IMG/VR virus record: IMGVR_UViG_3300031741_000001
Span: 1 to 64,000 of that record
DNA length: 64,000 nt
Direction: 5' to 3' (one strand)
Origin: a virus
Program-made: the position numbers and the translations under genes
The notes under the pieces: generated by a model
Seen by the model: the letters and a program-made list of their open reading frames with translations, nothing else
What the model was told of the DNA's origin: nothing
The model's database searches: none
Shown: one piece after another, positions 19,007 to 28,743 of the stretch
Layout of the letters: each line of letters starts with the position of its first letter
Numbering within the stretch: the first letter of the stretch is position 1

Positions 19007-21547
19007 ATGTATATTAGAAAAATATATCTTAAAGATTATAAACCTTTAATAACAATTAGTAATATTCATGAGATTACTTTGATACTAGACGAGAGAAGCA
19101 TCAATTGTGTGTTGGGGGATAACGGTAGCGGTAAAACGTCAATCCTTAAAGAACTCACCCCGTTTCCTCCAGTAAGCACTTCCTTCTTAAATACGGGTAA
19201 AAAAGAATTAGAGATTGTTCATGACGAAATAGATTATGTTATTAAAACGGATTTTAATAATAAAGAACATACTCATAGTTTTATGAGAGGGGCTGAGGAA
19301 CTTAATATATCTGGGAAGAGTAATGTTCAATTAGATCTTTGTTTAAAGCATTTTGGATATTCTACTTTTATAGATAAGCTATTTTCTAATAATTTTAAAA
19401 TATCAGAACTTAGGAAGCATGAACGTAAAGAATTATTCTTTAAGATATACCCTTCAGATATTACTTTTATTTCGGACACGTATAAAAAGGTCATATCGAA
19501 GATAAAAGAAATTAAAAGTAACATTAAAATGTTAGAAGATAGAAAATCAGATCTTAAAACTAGAATGATAAGTAAAGTTGAATATCGGAGTATGTTAAAT
19601 GAGAAAGAAAATCTAGAAGCGATTAATAACAACATAGATCAATTAATTTTTATTTTAAATTATTATAATGACGATAAAGGAAAACAGATAACCAATAGTC
19701 CAACCCTTAATGAACTTCAGAAATCTTCAAATCTTATATACAGAAGAATAACTGATCTTAAAAAACAAACTACTATCAATCTTACAAATAATCCAGAAAA
19801 AAGATTAGCTATTCTAGAAAGTAAAAAGGTTTTTCAGAATAAGAAATTTAAAGATCTACTTAACGATCTTGATAAAGAAAAAGAAGCTTTGAATAAATTG
19901 GAAGAATTAGATAGTATAGATTTAGTAGTTCTAATAAAAGAATTAGAGGATAATATTGATTCCAATACAACTTTCCAAAACGATCTTAATATAGATAAAA
20001 CCATATCGGTTATAGTTGAGGATAGATTAAGTGATTTTGCTTCTAGAGTTTTTGTTATCAGTAATCGATTGAGAGATATATCAGAAGATAATCTAACCTT
20101 TCTAGATCCCAAAGAAGCTAGCGATTTAAATAATGAAGCTTACTCCATATCTAAAGAGTTAGAGTTCTTTATTTCTAACAGGAATCAACTAGAAACTCAA
20201 CTGGATAAAAAGCTTTCAGATCAGAATAGAAGAACCCGATTTTCATACCCTAAAGAGTGCGAATTGAAATGTGGATTAAGAACTCACTTCAGTAAAATTA
20301 AAAAAGAAATACAAAGCGAAATAGACGTGTTTTGTGAAAAAAAGATTAAAATATCCAAAACTATTTTAGATTTGGAAACTCGTCAAAATGAGGTCAAAAC
20401 CTTGCTCCAATACGTCTATATTACCGAGCCTATTTATGCAGAAATAAGCTCCATTTTATCCTCGTACACCTGCAAAAACTACGTACTTGAAGACCATCTT
20501 CTTAATATCGCACTTTCGCGAAGTCCGTTAAAAATAGCTTTTAAACTTAAAAAAATAATAGAGAATTCTAAAAACATTGTTCTATTTGAAAAAAAGAAAA
20601 ATCAGATAAGTAAAGATTGCTATAAATTAGATATACTGAAGAAAACTAAGCTTCCAGTTCAGGAACTTTTAAACTCCACCATCTTAGAAAAAAGAGCTAT
20701 AATGGCTGAAAAAGAAATAGAATATTTAACTATTCAAAAGGAAATATTTATAGATGAAAAACACACTAATCTTTTAAAACAATTCACATCAAATAAGAAA
20801 GAGTTTGAAAACCTTAAAAAAGCTTTTGAGGAAACATCAATTTGTGAGATTCTTAAAAAAGAAATTCTATTTAATAAAAAGAAGATTGAAGAACTTTCTT
20901 TCTATAAGAAAAAGACAAACGCTTCTTTAAAAGTTCTAGATGATGAAGTTTTAGATCAGAAGAAAATAAGAATAAAGTTAAATGAAGAAATATTACCATC
21001 TCTTAAAAAATGCTATACTGAATTAAATGATGTTGAAAATTTAGAAAAAGGATTATCTCCTAGTAGAGGGATTCCGCAGATTTATATAAGTCGACTTCTT
21101 AATTCCATTATAGAGATAGCTAACGAATTCATTAAAGATATCTGTACATACCCGATGGAGATATCAACACTAGATGAGAATCAACTTTTAGATTTTAACT
21201 TCGCTGTTCTTTTCGATACCCATCCAGTTAGTGAAATTAAACTATGCTCAACTGCCCAAAAAAGAATAATAGATATATCTTTTACAATAGCGTTATGTGT
21301 CTTTACTAACATGAGTGAACATTTCGGATTGAGGATAGATGAGATGGATAGTTTCTTAAATAATGCTCACACCGTTAGGTTAGCTGCCTTCTTAACTAAG
21401 ACAGTTAAGAAATATAACATGACTCAATTGTTTATGGTAGCCCAAAGAACTATTCTTCTAAACTCATTTAAAAAGGATAATATCTTCTGCTTAACCGACG
21501 GGATGTGTATAGATCAGAGCATGAATCCTAAGATGATCAAAAAATAG
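19007..21547 (+). CDS. sbcC: SbcC/Rad50-like SMC ATPase
   Basis: Walker A GDNGSGKTS, long coiled coils, central CELKC hook, CSTAQK signature variant, Walker B RIDEMD. Confidence 0.9.
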   Translation: MYIRKIYLKDYKPLITISNIHEITLILDERSINCVLGDNGSGKTSILKELTPFPPVSTSFLNTGKKELEIVHDEIDYVIKTDFNNKEHTHSFMRGAEELNISGKSNVQLDLCLKHFGYSTFIDKLFSNNFKISELRKHERKELFFKIYPSDITFISDTYKKVISKIKEIKSNIKMLEDRKSDLKTRMISKVEYRSMLNEKENLEAINNNIDQLIFILNYYNDDKGKQITNSPTLNELQKSSNLIYRRITDLKKQTTINLTNNPEKRLAILESKKVFQNKKFKDLLNDLDKEKEALNKLEELDSIDLVVLIKELEDNIDSNTTFQNDLNIDKTISVIVEDRLSDFASRVFVISNRLRDISEDNLTFLDPKEASDLNNEAYSISKELEFFISNRNQLETQLDKKLSDQNRRTRFSYPKECELKCGLRTHFSKIKKEIQSEIDVFCEKKIKISKTILDLETRQNEVKTLLQYVYITEPIYAEISSILSSYTCKNYVLEDHLLNIALSRSPLKIAFKLKKIIENSKNIVLFEKKKNQISKDCYKLDILKKTKLPVQELLNSTILEKRAIMAEKEIEYLTIQKEIFIDEKHTNLLKQFTSNKKEFENLKKAFEETSICEILKKEILFNKKKIEELSFYKKKTNASLKVLDDEVLDQKKIRIKLNEEILPSLKKCYTELNDVENLEKGLSPSRGIPQIYISRLLNSIIEIANEFIKDICTYPMEISTLDENQLLDFNFAVLFDTHPVSEIKLCSTAQKRIIDISFTIALCVFTNMSEHFGLRIDEMDSFLNNAHTVRLAAFLTKTVKKYNMTQLFMVAQRTILLNSFKKDNIFCLTDGMCIDQSMNPKMIKK

Positions 21548-21578
21548 TATATAACCAACTTATTTGAAAGGGAGCAAT

Positions 21579-22391
21579 ATGCCAAATAGTACTATGGATG
21601 TGACGTTAACTAGGATACGTCATAATATTCCTGAGGAGATCTTAGAAGTAGCTTTTGCAACAGAAGAAGATAATCTTTTAGAACGTGGACAGATTCCTCT
21701 ATTAGAAAAGATTAAGAAAACAGTAATTCGTGATAGATTGATGGTCGATTGTAATCTATTTGGAGGGACCAGTACAAAGATTCCTTTAGTCTTAGAGTAT
21801 CATGAGAGAACGGCTGGGTTTTGGAAGGGGGGAGTTTACACCTCTCCATTATATTGTATCTATAGAATACCCCCAGAAGCTAGGAATGGGTTACCTATAG
21901 TAGCCGTTAACGGATTGTCTTTAAATCCTGGAACTGGAAACTTCTCCAGTGGTTGGGGTGGAGCGAGTATCTCAGGTATTGGTGGGGAAATTCTATCTTC
22001 TAGAACATTCGCTAACGAACCAGTATACCCTATCCCTAAACTATTAGCTGGCGATTTGATAAAGCTTCAACCTGGACAGATGAGCCATATGGATTTTGTT
22101 CTTTCATGTAAACTATCTCACGATCCCGACTTCTCTAATATGGGAGCATCTGCTATCAATGTATTCGCCGAGTTAGCTCTATGTGCTGTTAAAGCGTATA
22201 TCTATAATAAATTAAAAATAAAAATAGATAAAGCTTTTATAAGTGGCGGATCTGAGATAACGTCATTTAAAGAGATAGTAGACGGTTACGCTGAAGAAAA
22301 CACAAGATACTTAGAATTACTAGACGAGTATTTCGGCGCGTCATGTTTAGAACATGAAACACTCATGTCTTTGGCTCTCTTTATGGTCTAA
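21579..22391 (+). CDS. Conserved phiKZ-like virion protein (gp164-like by synteny)
   Basis: ATG 21579 with GGGAG SD; IPEEILE...F and LCAVKAYIYNKL motifs; adjacent to sbcC. Confidence 0.6.
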   Translation: MPNSTMDVTLTRIRHNIPEEILEVAFATEEDNLLERGQIPLLEKIKKTVIRDRLMVDCNLFGGTSTKIPLVLEYHERTAGFWKGGVYTSPLYCIYRIPPEARNGLPIVAVNGLSLNPGTGNFSSGWGGASISGIGGEILSSRTFANEPVYPIPKLLAGDLIKLQPGQMSHMDFVLSCKLSHDPDFSNMGASAINVFAELALCAVKAYIYNKLKIKIDKAFISGGSEITSFKEIVDGYAEENTRYLELLDEYFGASCLEHETLMSLALFMV

Positions 22392-22448
22392 GTCCAACTT
22401 AATCCTACATGTAGTTATTGTATAATTTTAATAAAAAAAAATAAAACT

Positions 22449-22481
22449 ACCATCTACATATCTTTAAGATATGTAGATGGT
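22449..22481. terminator. Terminator hairpin between convergent genes
   Basis: ACCATCTACATATCTT-t-AAGATATGTAGATGGT with an A-tract on the left. Confidence 0.8.
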
Positions 22482-22493
22482 GTTGGGTTTCTC

Positions 22494-22658
22494 TTATAAT
22501 TTTCTTTTAACAATATTCTCTATTCTCCGCTGTAAATTTTTATTCTTTTTCTTCAAATTCTCTTTTTCTTTTTTAGATTCTTTAATCACGTGTTCTTGAT
22601 AAAAGACATAAATTAAGATTGCAGTTATTGGAATTATTACTGGAAGTAATTCTGACAT
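22494..22658 (-). CDS. Unannotated 54-aa membrane-anchored coiled-coil protein
   Basis: MSELLPVIIPITAILIYVFYQEHVIKESKKEKENLKKKNKNLQRRIENIVKRKL; GGAG SD; fills the gap between 22661 and the terminator. Confidence 0.7.
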   Translation of the reverse strand: MSELLPVIIPITAILIYVFYQEHVIKESKKEKENLKKKNKNLQRRIENIVKRKL

Positions 22659-22660
22659 TC

Positions 22661-22951
22661 TTATTCTCCCTTTTTAATAAATTTAAGTTGATTAAAATTA
22701 AAATCTTTTCCTAGATCGCATTCTCGGTGATCTAGGAAAAGAGAGGTATATGGGTATCCTTTGTATGTCCATCGTTTGGTTTCAGTATTAAAAATTATCG
22801 ATCCTCCCCTACGGAGCTTCCGAGTATTCTGAGATAAAAACCAATAGTATTCAGTATTCCGATCTGTCAAAACCCGCAGAGTATTTAAATTTGCTTCTAG
22901 GGATGTTTGATCTAAACACCCCACATATTTTAAATACCGTAAAACTAACAT
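22661..22951 (-). CDS. Hypothetical protein
   Basis: 96 aa ORF overlapping the upstream stop. Confidence 0.6.
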   Translation of the reverse strand: MLVLRYLKYVGCLDQTSLEANLNTLRVLTDRNTEYYWFLSQNTRKLRRGGSIIFNTETKRWTYKGYPYTSLFLDHRECDLGKDFNFNQLKFIKKGE

Positions 22952-23490
22952 TTGATATGACCTAAAAGAATTTTAGAGAACTCTTCCGATATTTCCTCTA
23001 CGAGACTATACTGTAGTCGGCAGGGTCTCTTCTCTCTCAATACCTTAATGAACTTTTTCTTAATTATATCAATATCTATCTCTCCTATTTCTTTTTTAGG
23101 TATGGTTTTATAAATAGGTTTACCGAGAATATCTCCAAAGTGCCTACCCTGTCTAAAAATATCAGAGATTCCAATCTTCGTTTTTTCAGGAATTAGCATA
23201 GCTATAATATAGTTAGCTTTAATCTCCAACGGACTAATACCCATGTTTGTTACTACCACACCAATTTCATTAGAATCAGAAAGCTCTGGATATTTGAGGA
23301 TTAGTGTTTTCTTTCCAAATTTTTTAGAAGGTGGTTTAGCGATGTGGAATTCTATTTTAGAATTCGGCTTCAAAGACAATCCGGTTCTTATAGTCGCTGA
23401 ACTCTTTGGTAGAATAGTAACATTCTCCATCGAATACAACTCTAAGTGTTTACACACACTACTCATGACGTAATAGATATCGGTAACCAT
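22945..23490 (-). CDS. Trimeric dUTPase-fold protein with degenerate catalytic motifs
   Basis: LELYSMENVTILPKSSATIRTGL...EIGVVVTNMGISPLEIKANYIIAML follows the dUTPase scaffold, but the RSG and GxIDxDYRG motifs are lost. Confidence 0.65.
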   Translation of the reverse strand: MVTDIYYVMSSVCKHLELYSMENVTILPKSSATIRTGLSLKPNSKIEFHIAKPPSKKFGKKTLILKYPELSDSNEIGVVVTNMGISPLEIKANYIIAMLIPEKTKIGISDIFRQGRHFGDILGKPIYKTIPKKEIGEIDIDIIKKKFIKVLREKRPCRLQYSLVEEISEEFSKILLGHIKC

Positions 23491-23492
23491 AC

Positions 23493-23915
23493 TTATATTC
23501 CCTTTATATATTTTATTCCATTGACTTCAGATATGCGTATTCGACATGCACTATTGATCGCTGTCTTATTTTTGAACGGACAAGTCCCAACATTACAGAG
23601 ATGATTGCATATTTTCTTTTTATAGAAATTAGCAAAAATGAAATCTAGTAATCTATCATTCACTCGCTGTATGTTTAGTTCATCGATTTTGGGTTCCATG
23701 ATTTTACACACTAACTCTGGAGGAGTTTTTAGGGCTTTGGATATTTTCCTTCTAGCAAACCCGTGACCAAACAGGAATTTTTTTATTTTACCATAATTCA
23801 TAAAAACTAACCTATCGTTACTTTTTCCCCAAAGTATGAAACCCGATTCGTTCTTACAGGATCCCCATGTGATTTTATTCTTTAACCTGGGGATCTCAAT
23901 AGAGTTATCTTTCAT
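23493..23915 (-). CDS. Hypothetical protein with Cys cluster
   Basis: 140 aa; C-terminal CNHLC..GTCP...C. Confidence 0.65.
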   Translation of the reverse strand: MKDNSIEIPRLKNKITWGSCKNESGFILWGKSNDRLVFMNYGKIKKFLFGHGFARRKISKALKTPPELVCKIMEPKIDELNIQRVNDRLLDFIFANFYKKKICNHLCNVGTCPFKNKTAINSACRIRISEVNGIKYIKGI

Positions 23916-23916
23916 A

Positions 23917-25722
23917 TCACTCCTTTAACCATTTTTTAATGGATATTATTTCAATGCCATACTTAATAGCTTTTTTGGTTTTAGATGAAGTGCTATTCTC
24001 ATCTGCCACTACTAAGAGATCAACATCTTTAGAAAGTCCACTAACTGGAGTGAATCCTTTATTCAACGCTATCTCTTCGAGTTCTTTTCTTGGTAATTCC
24101 ATTTTCCCTGTAAAGACAACTTTAGGTCCGGTAGTTTTAGTCACAGTTCCTTTAATACCTTTAAGAGTTATCTGCGAGAGCTGTCTATCTATTAAGTCTT
24201 TATTTTCGGATAACCCATCCGATATTGTGAAAGACATTTCTTCGCCTAAATCTTTTATCTGCATTAAATCATCTTTTGTTTTAGTAAGTAGTTCGTTAAA
24301 AGACATAAAACTTAAAAGAACTTTTGAACATCTTAGACCTATTCCATGGAATCCTAAAGATGCTAAATATTTATAATCTTCAATTACTCTAACACTCTGA
24401 ATATTATTGAAAAGTTTAGTAGCTGATTTTTCGCCATATCCTTCCAATTCAGATATATCTTTAATAGTTAGATTTAAAAGATCATCTATAGCTATCTTTT
24501 TAAATTTCTTTAAAATCTTTCTAAGAGTAGGGACTCCCAATTCTTCTATATCCAGTCTCTTTATCGATTTCAATGCTCTATTCAATACCATCTCCTCACA
24601 CTCGTCGTTTAGACAAATAAGCTCTGTCCCTACTTCCATAACATCTCCTTTACAATAAGGACATGCTGTAGGGATATTCATATATCCTTTTCCCGTATGA
24701 ATAACTTTAAGCATATGTGGAATTACATCCCCAGCTCTTTCCACTTCTAGTCTATCAAGAACATGTATCATATTATCCTTTACATGTTTTAGATTATGGA
24801 GAGTCACATTCGTTATGGTTACTCCGGAGATAATTATAGGAGTTATCTTAGCTACTGGTGTTAGACAACTCGTTCCCGCTGTCCAATTGATATCCTCAAT
24901 TGTAGATACTTTAGAAACCCCTGTGAATTTAAAAGCTATCGCTCCCTTAGGGAAACTTCCAGTAGATCCTAATTCTTTATAATACGTATCGTCTTCAACC
25001 TTAACTACAACCCCATCTATCGGGTATCCAGCGCTTTTAATAAGATTAACATGAATGTCCCATTCCTTTTTAAAGTTCTTCTTAGATACTCTAAAATGGA
25101 AATGATTGAAGTCTATTAAAGTTAATGGTTTAATATTAATATCGGAGATGTCTTTCATCCCTAAAATACCAGCTACAGCACTACGTTGGTTTTTATACTT
25201 TTCACCGTTGCTTCTTTTAAGTTGACTAAAATATTTATTATAATCAGCGTTAGTTATAATTATCTCCCCTCTAATTTTATGATCACAGCTACTTGAAAGG
25301 AATTTCAATATTTTAAGCTTATCAGAAATATTCTGACTTTCGGTTCCTTGTCCTTTAGTAGTGAGCATCTTATTATTCAAAAAAGCACTTACCCCATCAT
25401 ACTTCGGTTGAATAAGAAATATTTCATCTTTGGTTCTAGCTATTTGCTCTACCCAAGCCATCAAAGATTTTTTACCTTTAGGAGCATTATCAGCATGGTA
25501 AGTTTTATTCAAACTTAACATATCTTCATCAATCGATCCCATCGAGTGCACTTTAGGAACTTGAGGTTTTAATAACGCGTTATCTGGGTCAAGATCTTCT
25601 AATTCTCTAAGTATAAAATCATACTCTATATCTGTAATCTTAGGATCGCTATCTTCCCAATAAGCTTTATTATGCTTCTTTATTTCTTTTTCTAGTTTTT
25701 TAATATCGAAAACTTTTCCCAT
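23917..25722 (-). CDS. ligA: NAD+-dependent DNA ligase
   Basis: Domain Ia (HNKAYW...DIEYD), KYDG adenylation motif, RGE, DGVVVK, AFKF, OB fold, C4 zinc finger, HhH repeats, C-terminal BRCT. Confidence 0.95.
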   Translation of the reverse strand: MGKVFDIKKLEKEIKKHNKAYWEDSDPKITDIEYDFILRELEDLDPDNALLKPQVPKVHSMGSIDEDMLSLNKTYHADNAPKGKKSLMAWVEQIARTKDEIFLIQPKYDGVSAFLNNKMLTTKGQGTESQNISDKLKILKFLSSSCDHKIRGEIIITNADYNKYFSQLKRSNGEKYKNQRSAVAGILGMKDISDINIKPLTLIDFNHFHFRVSKKNFKKEWDIHVNLIKSAGYPIDGVVVKVEDDTYYKELGSTGSFPKGAIAFKFTGVSKVSTIEDINWTAGTSCLTPVAKITPIIISGVTITNVTLHNLKHVKDNMIHVLDRLEVERAGDVIPHMLKVIHTGKGYMNIPTACPYCKGDVMEVGTELICLNDECEEMVLNRALKSIKRLDIEELGVPTLRKILKKFKKIAIDDLLNLTIKDISELEGYGEKSATKLFNNIQSVRVIEDYKYLASLGFHGIGLRCSKVLLSFMSFNELLTKTKDDLMQIKDLGEEMSFTISDGLSENKDLIDRQLSQITLKGIKGTVTKTTGPKVVFTGKMELPRKELEEIALNKGFTPVSGLSKDVDLLVVADENSTSSKTKKAIKYGIEIISIKKWLKE

Positions 25723-25762
25723 TATATTTCTCCTTATAGTATAATATGGTATTTTTAAGTTA

Positions 25763-25972
25763 TTATTTACGTACGATACTAGTATTGATATCTAAAACCC
25801 CCGTAACCATATCGAGAATTATTTCTTTCTCCATGGTGTGTTTAGCGGGGAATAACTTTTTAAAAATAATATCTAAAGATTCTTGTAGTTTAGTAATATT
25901 TAATTTATCATCTTTAGTATTTTTAAGAATACAATTATTCGTCTCGGCTTTAAATAGCGCCTGCTTATCCAC
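25763..25972 (-). CDS. Small hypothetical protein
   Basis: 69 aa, GTG start coupled to the upstream stop. Confidence 0.5.
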   Translation of the reverse strand: MDKQALFKAETNNCILKNTKDDKLNITKLQESLDIIFKKLFPAKHTMEKEIILDMVTGVLDINTSIVRK

Positions 25973-26277
25973 TATCTGCCTCTCGATAACTCTAAGTATT
26001 TTTTACTATATTTAAGATTCTTATAAATCTTTTTAATATCTTTTCTAGATAGCTCACGAGAGGTCCTGACGGTCACATGCACCGAGTAGACACCGACACA
26101 TTTTTCTTGGTGGATGCTGAAGCAGTCCCCATAGTTATTAAAACTATTTATTGTTCGAGCATCGTCTAAACGCATTCTTTTTGGATGTCCTAACTCTTTT
26201 AGTAAAACGCATATCTTTTTTATCGTTTTCTTTTTACTGATTATTATCATTTTTATTATCCTTATAAAGTTTAGCAT
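25972..26277 (-). CDS. Hypothetical basic protein
   Basis: 101 aa (true start probably an internal Met); part of a tight operon. Confidence 0.55.
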   Translation of the reverse strand: MLNFIRIIKMIIISKKKTIKKICVLLKELGHPKRMRLDDARTINSFNNYGDCFSIHQEKCVGVYSVHVTVRTSRELSRKDIKKIYKNLKYSKKYLELSRGR

Positions 26278-26665
26278 GTTCGGAAGAACAAAAACTATTA
26301 TTATGATTTTTCTCTTTTCCGCAGTAAATACAATAGCTTACCTTAGTTTTTGTTCTATGCCTTAACCCACTTAGCGGTCCTAGTGTGGGAGAATTAAGTC
26401 CTCCCAAAGAATCCATTATCGTTTCAATTTTAGGTTTTTTATTCATTATCACTGCCTCACATTTTTTAAGTTGCTCATCGTTGGGATTATATCCAAGTAA
26501 TACTACATCATATCTATTCCGTAAAGCTTCCATAACCATAGGAGTTGCTTTACCCGTTCCTATTATCCCTATTCGTGGCTTTCCGACTCCAGCCATAGCG
26601 AATTGAGGTTTAGGTAATTCATGCTCATCTAACTTTACTAAGTTTTGTATAACATCGTCGTTCAT
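26234..26665 (-). CDS. Hypothetical protein with C-terminal zinc ribbon
   Basis: RIGIIGTG Rossmann-like strand; CIYCG...FCSSEH treble-clef-like motif. Confidence 0.65.
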   Translation of the reverse strand: MNDDVIQNLVKLDEHELPKPQFAMAGVGKPRIGIIGTGKATPMVMEALRNRYDVVLLGYNPNDEQLKKCEAVIMNKKPKIETIMDSLGGLNSPTLGPLSGLRHRTKTKVSYCIYCGKEKNHNNSFCSSEHAKLYKDNKNDNNQ

Positions 26666-26685
26666 AAATCTATATCCTTTAAGAC

Positions 26686-27387
26686 CTAAGTCTTAGATTT
26701 TTTCAATACTATTCCATATCTCCAGTTGCCGTACGGATGTTCTAGCGTAGGGGCTAAGAAGTCGTCTATACTAGTTCCTCCGTAAGAAATTCCAATCGCA
26801 TTAAAAAGTTCTTCATTTCCCCAATCCTTTGGAGGATGCCCTCCCATGCATGGAAAGATATGTTCTTTTTTAAGTTCCTCCATAGTCTTGCTTTTAGGAT
26901 AACAAACAAAATCAAAACGCTGGTTTATGTTTTTTAAAAACAGTTCATCAGCAGTAGGTTCTCTTTCAGTTTCAATAACTGGTGTCATGAAAGGGAATTC
27001 AATATTGATACGTTTCAGTTCTTGTTTTAAGATATTAGCCATTATAGCTAACGAGCTTTTAGGCATTGAAAGACTTCTAAAATCTTCTATTTTTAAAAGA
27101 TCTGATACCGTGTACTCTCCAGCTGATTTATCAGGAGTAGTATCTTCAATATCTTTAATAATTCTATATGTTGTAGAGATTGCGTGAGATCCCATCTCTC
27201 CCAAAGTAATACACGCTATAGTATTCTTAATGAATCCTACTCTAACTACAGTCTGTATTACTCCTCCCTCAGATCTATGTATAGCAATACATGTGTATTT
27301 CTCGTTTAGTTTAAATTCTTTAAATAGTTTATTGCCATTTTTCTTTAACCATTCCGATATATATTCAAGTTTTTCTCCAGTATCCAT
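26686..27387 (-). CDS. Hypothetical protein
   Basis: 233 aa ORF, coupled start/stop. Confidence 0.7.
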   Translation of the reverse strand: MDTGEKLEYISEWLKKNGNKLFKEFKLNEKYTCIAIHRSEGGVIQTVVRVGFIKNTIACITLGEMGSHAISTTYRIIKDIEDTTPDKSAGEYTVSDLLKIEDFRSLSMPKSSLAIMANILKQELKRINIEFPFMTPVIETEREPTADELFLKNINQRFDFVCYPKSKTMEELKKEHIFPCMGGHPPKDWGNEELFNAIGISYGGTSIDDFLAPTLEHPYGNWRYGIVLKKSKT

Positions 27388-27857
27388 TAGAATGTACTCC
27401 TGTCTATTTCCGAGAATCGCTCGACCGTTTTAGGATATTTAATCTTTAAAATTTTACAAATTAAATCTAGACTATCTTCGAAGATAGCTTCATCGTCAGA
27501 ATCTCCAAAACCAGTATTGCTGTATTTTTTAAAAATTTCATCTAACTTTTTCTTAGCGTCTGTATCATTAATAACTTTTGGTTTTGGAAAGACTTTATTA
27601 TGAATTATCTTATTCCAGTCCCACGCCAATTCGTGTTTTTTAAAACTAAAATTCTTTTTAACTTTAGTTCTTATTCCCCGTAAAGATATTCTAGTATGGA
27701 TTTCTTCTTCTCTAACGGTTTCGAAAATAAGTTCACCATCTTCTATTTTTATATAATTTAGAGTATATCCGCAACTGAGATATATCGGATAATTGATGCT
27801 ATCGGGATCTTCTTTGACTTTTTCAGTTATTTCTTTTAATTCTCTTTTATATTTCAT
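27387..27857 (-). CDS. Hypothetical protein, paralog of 27854..28309
   Basis: Shares EI...V...P(D/E)SI.YPI.L and SL......K..(Y/F)PKT..R with its neighbour. Confidence 0.7.
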   Translation of the reverse strand: MKYKRELKEITEKVKEDPDSINYPIYLSCGYTLNYIKIEDGELIFETVREEEIHTRISLRGIRTKVKKNFSFKKHELAWDWNKIIHNKVFPKPKVINDTDAKKKLDEIFKKYSNTGFGDSDDEAIFEDSLDLICKILKIKYPKTVERFSEIDRSTF

Positions 27858-28309
27858 AGCGCACCTCCCTTACTCTTGCATATTCTCGCATAAGTTTTAG
27901 GGAATCCTCGTTTTATTAAACTATTAAGACGGGTGAGAGATTCCCGTATATGATTCTTTTTAATATGGTTACCTGTTTCAGATTCTATTATAGAATCTGA
28001 TTTAATGAATATAGAATAATGAATTGCTACAATCCACACATCGCTCATATCAGAAACAGATTCGGCTAGTCCCCTTGGCGTGTTTATAAAAAGCCTCTTT
28101 ACTTCAGCGTAGTTATCGCTAATATCAAAAGCCAACGCTTCCTCTACTATTTCCATTTTTACTAAAAGCCATTTATCATCCAGAATTATAGGATATTTAA
28201 TGCTTTCAGGTTTATTATTGACTCTAGTTAAGATCTCGTCAAAGATATTATTTATCTCAATAGATTTACTAAATTCGCTCATTAGCTTCGACATTTTGTT
28301 TCTCCTCAA
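27854..28309 (-). CDS. Hypothetical protein, paralog of 27387..27857
   Basis: See neighbour; likely start at MSKL after GAGGAG. Confidence 0.7.
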   Translation of the reverse strand: MRRNKMSKLMSEFSKSIEINNIFDEILTRVNNKPESIKYPIILDDKWLLVKMEIVEEALAFDISDNYAEVKRLFINTPRGLAESVSDMSDVWIVAIHYSIFIKSDSIIESETGNHIKKNHIRESLTRLNSLIKRGFPKTYARICKSKGGAL

Positions 28310-28385
28310 TGTAGTTATGTTATTTTAAACCTTCTTCTAATAATATAATATATTTCTATTTTTCGTTTGAGAAAAAAAAAGAAAA

Positions 28386-28411
28386 ACAGCTCTTCCGTAC
28401 GGAAGAGCTGT
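28386..28411 (-). terminator. Perfect 26 bp palindrome/terminator
   Basis: ACAGCTCTTCCGTACGGAAGAGCTGT with an A-tract on the left. Confidence 0.8.
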
Positions 28412-28623
28412 AGATAGATCTGACATAAGAACAGGGTAACTCTTATATGAAATAACTTAAACTGATAAGTATCCCAACTTTCCTATTTTGCGAATATAGT
28501 TTCACACCTAGTATATGTTGCACATTGTTATCCACGTTAATATGAAATAACACGTTTCTACTTTTTATGTATATAGTAAAAACGCTACGTGATGGTGGTC
28601 AGTCCAGACCTAAAATTTAAAGG

Positions 28624-28743
28624 TTAATCATCGTCATACATCATATCATCGTCGTCACAATCCATATCTCTACGCATCATTTCATCATTATCATCATCCA
28701 TATCTTCTTTACTATTTCTGTTATTTACACCTAAAATATTCAT
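28624..28743 (-). CDS. Unannotated 39-aa acidic microprotein with MNIL leader
   Basis: MNILGVNNRNSKEDMDDDNDEMMRRDMDCDDDDMMYDDD*; ATG overlaps the TGA of 28740..29303 (ATGA coupling). Confidence 0.65.
   Translation of the reverse strand: MNILGVNNRNSKEDMDDDNDEMMRRDMDCDDDDMMYDDD

Noticed and set aside
28412-28623. Fourth copy of the ncRNA family
   Set aside because: Has an ATAAGA-ACAG..-TCTTAT hairpin and CTAGTATA on the plus strand and a repeated TATGAAATAAC, but I could not build the S1/S2 pseudoknot.
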